From a bacterium (GTDB taxonomy: Bacteria; Hinthialibacterota; Hinthialibacteria; Hinthialibacterales; Hinthialibacteraceae): DNA of 19,250 nt. Positions within the stretch are counted from its first letter, which is position 1. Each line of letters opens with the position of its first letter. The notes under the pieces were generated by a model. It saw only the letters and a list, made by a program, of their open reading frames with translations, was not told the origin of the DNA and ran no database searches. The position numbers were made by a program, and so were the translations under genes. Below, piece after piece: positions 16,608 through 19,250 of this stretch. The stretch covers positions 1 through 19,250 of the forward strand of contig JBHGBC010000114.1 in NCBI GenBank assembly GCA_041946805.1, read 5' to 3'.

Positions 16608-17396
16608 ATGACGGACACCCCCAATCCCCTCCCGTCTCCACGCACCCGGATTCATGTCCCCGGAGCCGGCGAAAGCCTGCTGTTTCTGGAAGACGCCGAT
16701 TCGCTCGCCGTGAGCCGCACGCTCCGCCTGCAGCCGGGCGATCCCGTGGCCGGATTCAACGGAGACGGGATGGAGTATCACTATCGCGTCGTACAAGCCA
16801 CCCGCGGCCGTTTGACCTTGGAACTGGAGCGGTCCGAACCCAATCCCCGCGATCAATTGCCTTCCACCACCATCTTCGCCGCCGCCACCAAGGGAAAAGG
16901 CAAGGACCGAGCCGCCCGCGATCTCCCCCCCCTGGGCGTCACCCGTCTTGTATTTTACCGGGCGGGCCGCACCATCGGCGAACCTTCGGAAGCAGCCACT
17001 CCCCGCCTCCAGAAAATCGCGATCGAGGCCTGCCGCCAATGCGGACGCTCCACCATCCCGGCAGTCGATGTGCGCAAGCACTCGTTGCCGGAATTGTACC
17101 AAGCGGGTGAATTCTCTTCCCGCCAAACTTTATGGTTTTGGGAAGCGGCCGGGGATACCGATCCCTGGTCATCCCTCGCTCCGGACGGCCCTCTCGCGCT
17201 GATCTTCGGTCCGGAAGGCGGTTTCTCCCCCGAAGAGATCGCGTGGCTCCAATCCCTGGGAATCCCCGTGGCCGCCCTGGGCCGCCGGATTCTGCGGGCC
17301 GAGCTCGCGGCGGTCGTAGGTCTGACGTTGGTCCAGGCGCGCCGGGGATTGTTCACCCAGGGCGCCGGTTCTGGCTTTGGGAGGGAGAGTTTATAA
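16608..17396 (+). CDS. rsmE: 16S rRNA m3U1498 methyltransferase
   Basis: 'LRLQPGD', 'FNGDG', 'IAIEACRQCGRSTIP', SPOUT motifs 'IFGPEGGFSPEE' and 'LGRRILRAE'. Lies upstream of mtaB. Confidence 0.93.
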   Translation: MTDTPNPLPSPRTRIHVPGAGESLLFLEDADSLAVSRTLRLQPGDPVAGFNGDGMEYHYRVVQATRGRLTLELERSEPNPRDQLPSTTIFAAATKGKGKDRAARDLPPLGVTRLVFYRAGRTIGEPSEAATPRLQKIAIEACRQCGRSTIPAVDVRKHSLPELYQAGEFSSRQTLWFWEAAGDTDPWSSLAPDGPLALIFGPEGGFSPEEIAWLQSLGIPVAALGRRILRAELAAVVGLTLVQARRGLFTQGAGSGFGRESL

Positions 17397-17443
17397 TGAT
17401 GATCAATACGGGATTGGGCCGGGAGGGGCGTAGAGCAGTTGGC

Positions 17444-17525
17444 GGGTTACGCGCTGACGCATTCCATGCGGCTGATCGGATGGTGCTTCCGATGGGTTAC
17501 GCGCTGACGCGCTAACCCATCCTAC
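17444..17525 (-). repeat. GTAG-type REP plus a partial upstream copy
   Basis: 17491-17525 on the minus strand reads GTAG-GATGGGTTAGCGCGTCAGCGCGTAACCCATC. The 17-mer gggttacgcgctgacgc occurs exactly at both 17444 and 17494. Confidence 0.75.
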
Positions 17526-17530
17526 GTCTT

Positions 17531-17564
17531 CCCTCACCCTAACCCTCTCCCAGAGGGAGAGGGG
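17531..17564 (+). repeat. Family-A palindromic repeat
   Basis: ccctcaccctaaccctctcccagagggagagggg. Confidence 0.9.
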
Positions 17565-17588
17565 ATTCATTATTCATGTTTCACCCCT

Positions 17589-17667
17589 CCCAGGGCTTAC
17601 GCCCTGGGCTATACTCATCCCGCGCCGTTGGCGCTCAAAACTCATGCCGAGCCGTAGGCGCTCAAAA
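17589..17667 (+). repeat. REP-like hairpin followed by a 27-bp tandem duplication
   Basis: Hairpin cccagggc-ttac-gccctggg. Then ctcatcccgcgccgttggcgctcaaaa (17614-17640) and ctcatgccgagccgtaggcgctcaaaa (17641-17667), differing at 3 positions. Confidence 0.75.
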
Positions 17668-17686
17668 ACTGTTCTGCAAACTGGTA

Positions 17687-19000
17687 ATGACCGTGACCGG
17701 CAAGAATGCACCCTCTTTTTTGATTCAAACACTCGGCTGCAAGGTGAACCAGTACGATTCCGAGCGGTTGCGCGCCCGGTTGCTGCGCCTGGGATTCCGC
17801 TCGTGCTCCGGCGAGAACGGCGAGCCGGATCTCATCATCGTCAACACCTGTTCGGTCACGTCCGAAAGCGACCGCAAGGGCCGCCAGTTGATCCGCAAAC
17901 TGATCCGCCGCTTCCCCACGGCGCGCGTGGCCGTGACCGGATGCTACTCGGAGCGCAAGCCGGGCGAAGTGCTCCGCATTCCCGGCGTCGGCGAGGTCGT
18001 GCGCCTCGAAGACCAGGAAGCGTGGGTCCAGCGCGCCGCCGAGGAGCTGGGCTGGGGATGCGCGGACCAGGACGCGCTAGGGGAACCGGGCGAGGGAATC
18101 GAGCTGTTCGAGGAACACACCCGCGCGTTCGTCAAAATCCAGGATGGTTGCGATCTGAAGTGCACCTTTTGCAGCATCCCCCAAAGCCGGGGCACGGCCC
18201 GCAGCCGCCCTCTGCCCGAAATCGTGGCCGAATGCGCCACCCTGGTCCGCCGGGGGTATCCGGAAATCGTGCTGTGCGGCATTTGCCTGGGCTTTTACGG
18301 ACAGGGCACCGACATCCGGCTTCCGCGCCTGGTCCGGGCGGTGGCGGAAATCGAGGGCATCCAGCGCATGCGTATCTCCTCCCTCGAACCCCAGGATGTG
18401 AGTGACGATCTGTTCGCGGTCATGACGGAGCACCCGGAGATCGTCTGCCCCCATCTGCATTTGCCCCTGCAAAGCGGTTCCAATGCCATCCTGCGCCGCA
18501 TGAAGCGCCCCTACACGGCGGAGTATTTCCAGGAGCGGGTGGAACACGCCCGCGGGCTCATCCCCCACTTCGAAGTCTCCACCGACATCATGGTGGGCTT
18601 CCCCGGCGAAAGCGAGGAAGATTTCGAGCGGACCCTGGCGGCGGTGAAAGCCAACCGGTTCAACAAGGTCCACTCTTTCCGCTTTTCCGTCCGCGAGGAT
18701 ACTCCCGCCGTCCGGCTGAAAGAACACCTGCCGCCAGCGGTCATCGAGGACCGCCGCCGGATCCTTGACGAGGTGGCATCCGCCGTGGCGGATGAGGTCA
18801 AGCAGGGCTACATCGGTTCCGTGCTCCCGGTTCTCCCTGAAACACCCGAAGATGAATATGCCACCGGATTCACCCCCAATTATCTCCGCGTGGATTTCAC
18901 CGCGAACCGTCCCATTCCCCCCGGCCGCCCGGTTATGGTAAAACTGACCGGACTGGAAAAAGGGCGGCTGAGGGGCGAGGCCTGGCCGGCGAATGCCTGA
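17687..19000 (+). CDS. mtaB: tRNA t6A37 methylthiotransferase MtaB (MiaB-like radical SAM)
   Basis: 'TLGCKVNQYDSE', 'VNTCSVT', 'VTGCY', 'RAFVKIQDGCDLKCTFCSIP', 'HLHLPLQSGS', 'TDIMVGFPGESEEDF', 'GFTPNY'. Start placed at ATG 17687 because the upstream in-frame extension is repeat-derived. Confidence 0.92.
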   Translation: MTVTGKNAPSFLIQTLGCKVNQYDSERLRARLLRLGFRSCSGENGEPDLIIVNTCSVTSESDRKGRQLIRKLIRRFPTARVAVTGCYSERKPGEVLRIPGVGEVVRLEDQEAWVQRAAEELGWGCADQDALGEPGEGIELFEEHTRAFVKIQDGCDLKCTFCSIPQSRGTARSRPLPEIVAECATLVRRGYPEIVLCGICLGFYGQGTDIRLPRLVRAVAEIEGIQRMRISSLEPQDVSDDLFAVMTEHPEIVCPHLHLPLQSGSNAILRRMKRPYTAEYFQERVEHARGLIPHFEVSTDIMVGFPGESEEDFERTLAAVKANRFNKVHSFRFSVREDTPAVRLKEHLPPAVIEDRRRILDEVASAVADEVKQGYIGSVLPVLPETPEDEYATGFTPNYLRVDFTANRPIPPGRPVMVKLTGLEKGRLRGEAWPANA

Positions 19001-19059
19001 TTCGCGGGAACTATTTGCTCAACCGCAGAGACAGGATGAAATACACCTTTTCTGGGCAT

Positions 19060-19100
19060 CCCTCATCCTGGCCCCCTCTCAGGGAAGAGGAGATTCATTA
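19060..19100 (+). repeat. Degenerate family-A repeat
   Basis: ccctcatcctggccccctctcagggaagaggagattcatta; shares the 'gattcatta' tail with the 17531 copy. Confidence 0.7.
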
Positions 19101-19165
19101 CGTTTGGTTCATCCGGGAAGTGCGTACTTAATGAGGCAAAATCGGTTACATTCACTCCGGGACGA

Positions 19166-19191
19166 GGGCGGACATCCAGGTCCGCCCCTAC
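19166..19191 (-). repeat. GTAG-type REP
   Basis: Minus strand GTAG-GGGCGGAC-CTGGAT-GTCCGCCC, a perfect 8-bp stem. Confidence 0.8.
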
Positions 19192-19198
19192 AAAAATA

Positions 19199-19231
19199 CC
19201 CTCACCCTGGCCCTCTCCCAGAGGGAGAGGG
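19199..19231 (+). repeat. Family-A palindromic repeat
   Basis: ccctcaccctggccctctcccagagggagaggg. Confidence 0.9.
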
Positions 19232-19250
19232 AATTGGGGGAGTGGTTTTC

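Noticed and set aside
17444..17667. Possible mini CRISPR array (17-bp repeats 50 bp apart; 27-bp tandem repeats)
   Set aside because: Only two copies each, no regular repeat-spacer period and no cas genes; better explained as REP duplications.
17576..17686. N-terminal extension of MtaB
   Set aside because: Derived from repeat DNA. The conserved MtaB domain begins shortly after ATG 17687, so the extension was excluded from the CDS call.

Overview
GC-rich bacterial chromosomal window. From left to right: (1) an arsenic-resistance cluster (ArsG-like permease, partial; arsC; arsM; acr3; + strand) followed by a very AT-rich spacer; (2) a minus-strand tRNA-Tyr(GTA) gene directly upstream of an archaeal-type tyrosyl-tRNA synthetase; (3) a minus-strand run of def, fmt and two GT-C-like polytopic membrane proteins; (4) a plus-strand run of a LOG-family protein, a GT-C-like membrane protein and a radical SAM/SPASM protein; (5) a minus-strand small ORF, C4 zinc-ribbon protein and ABC-type permease; (6) rsmE and mtaB. 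Intergenic regions are packed with several families of short REP-like palindromes, and one copy sits in frame inside a coding region. The most notable signal is the tRNA-Tyr/TyrRS pair. The tRNA has a bacterial body (long variable arm) but an archaeal/eukaryal C1:G72 first base pair, and it sits 58 nt from a Thermococcales-like TyrRS. This looks like a cross-domain tyrosine identity swap. All protein calls come from motif recognition by eye; no database searches were run.
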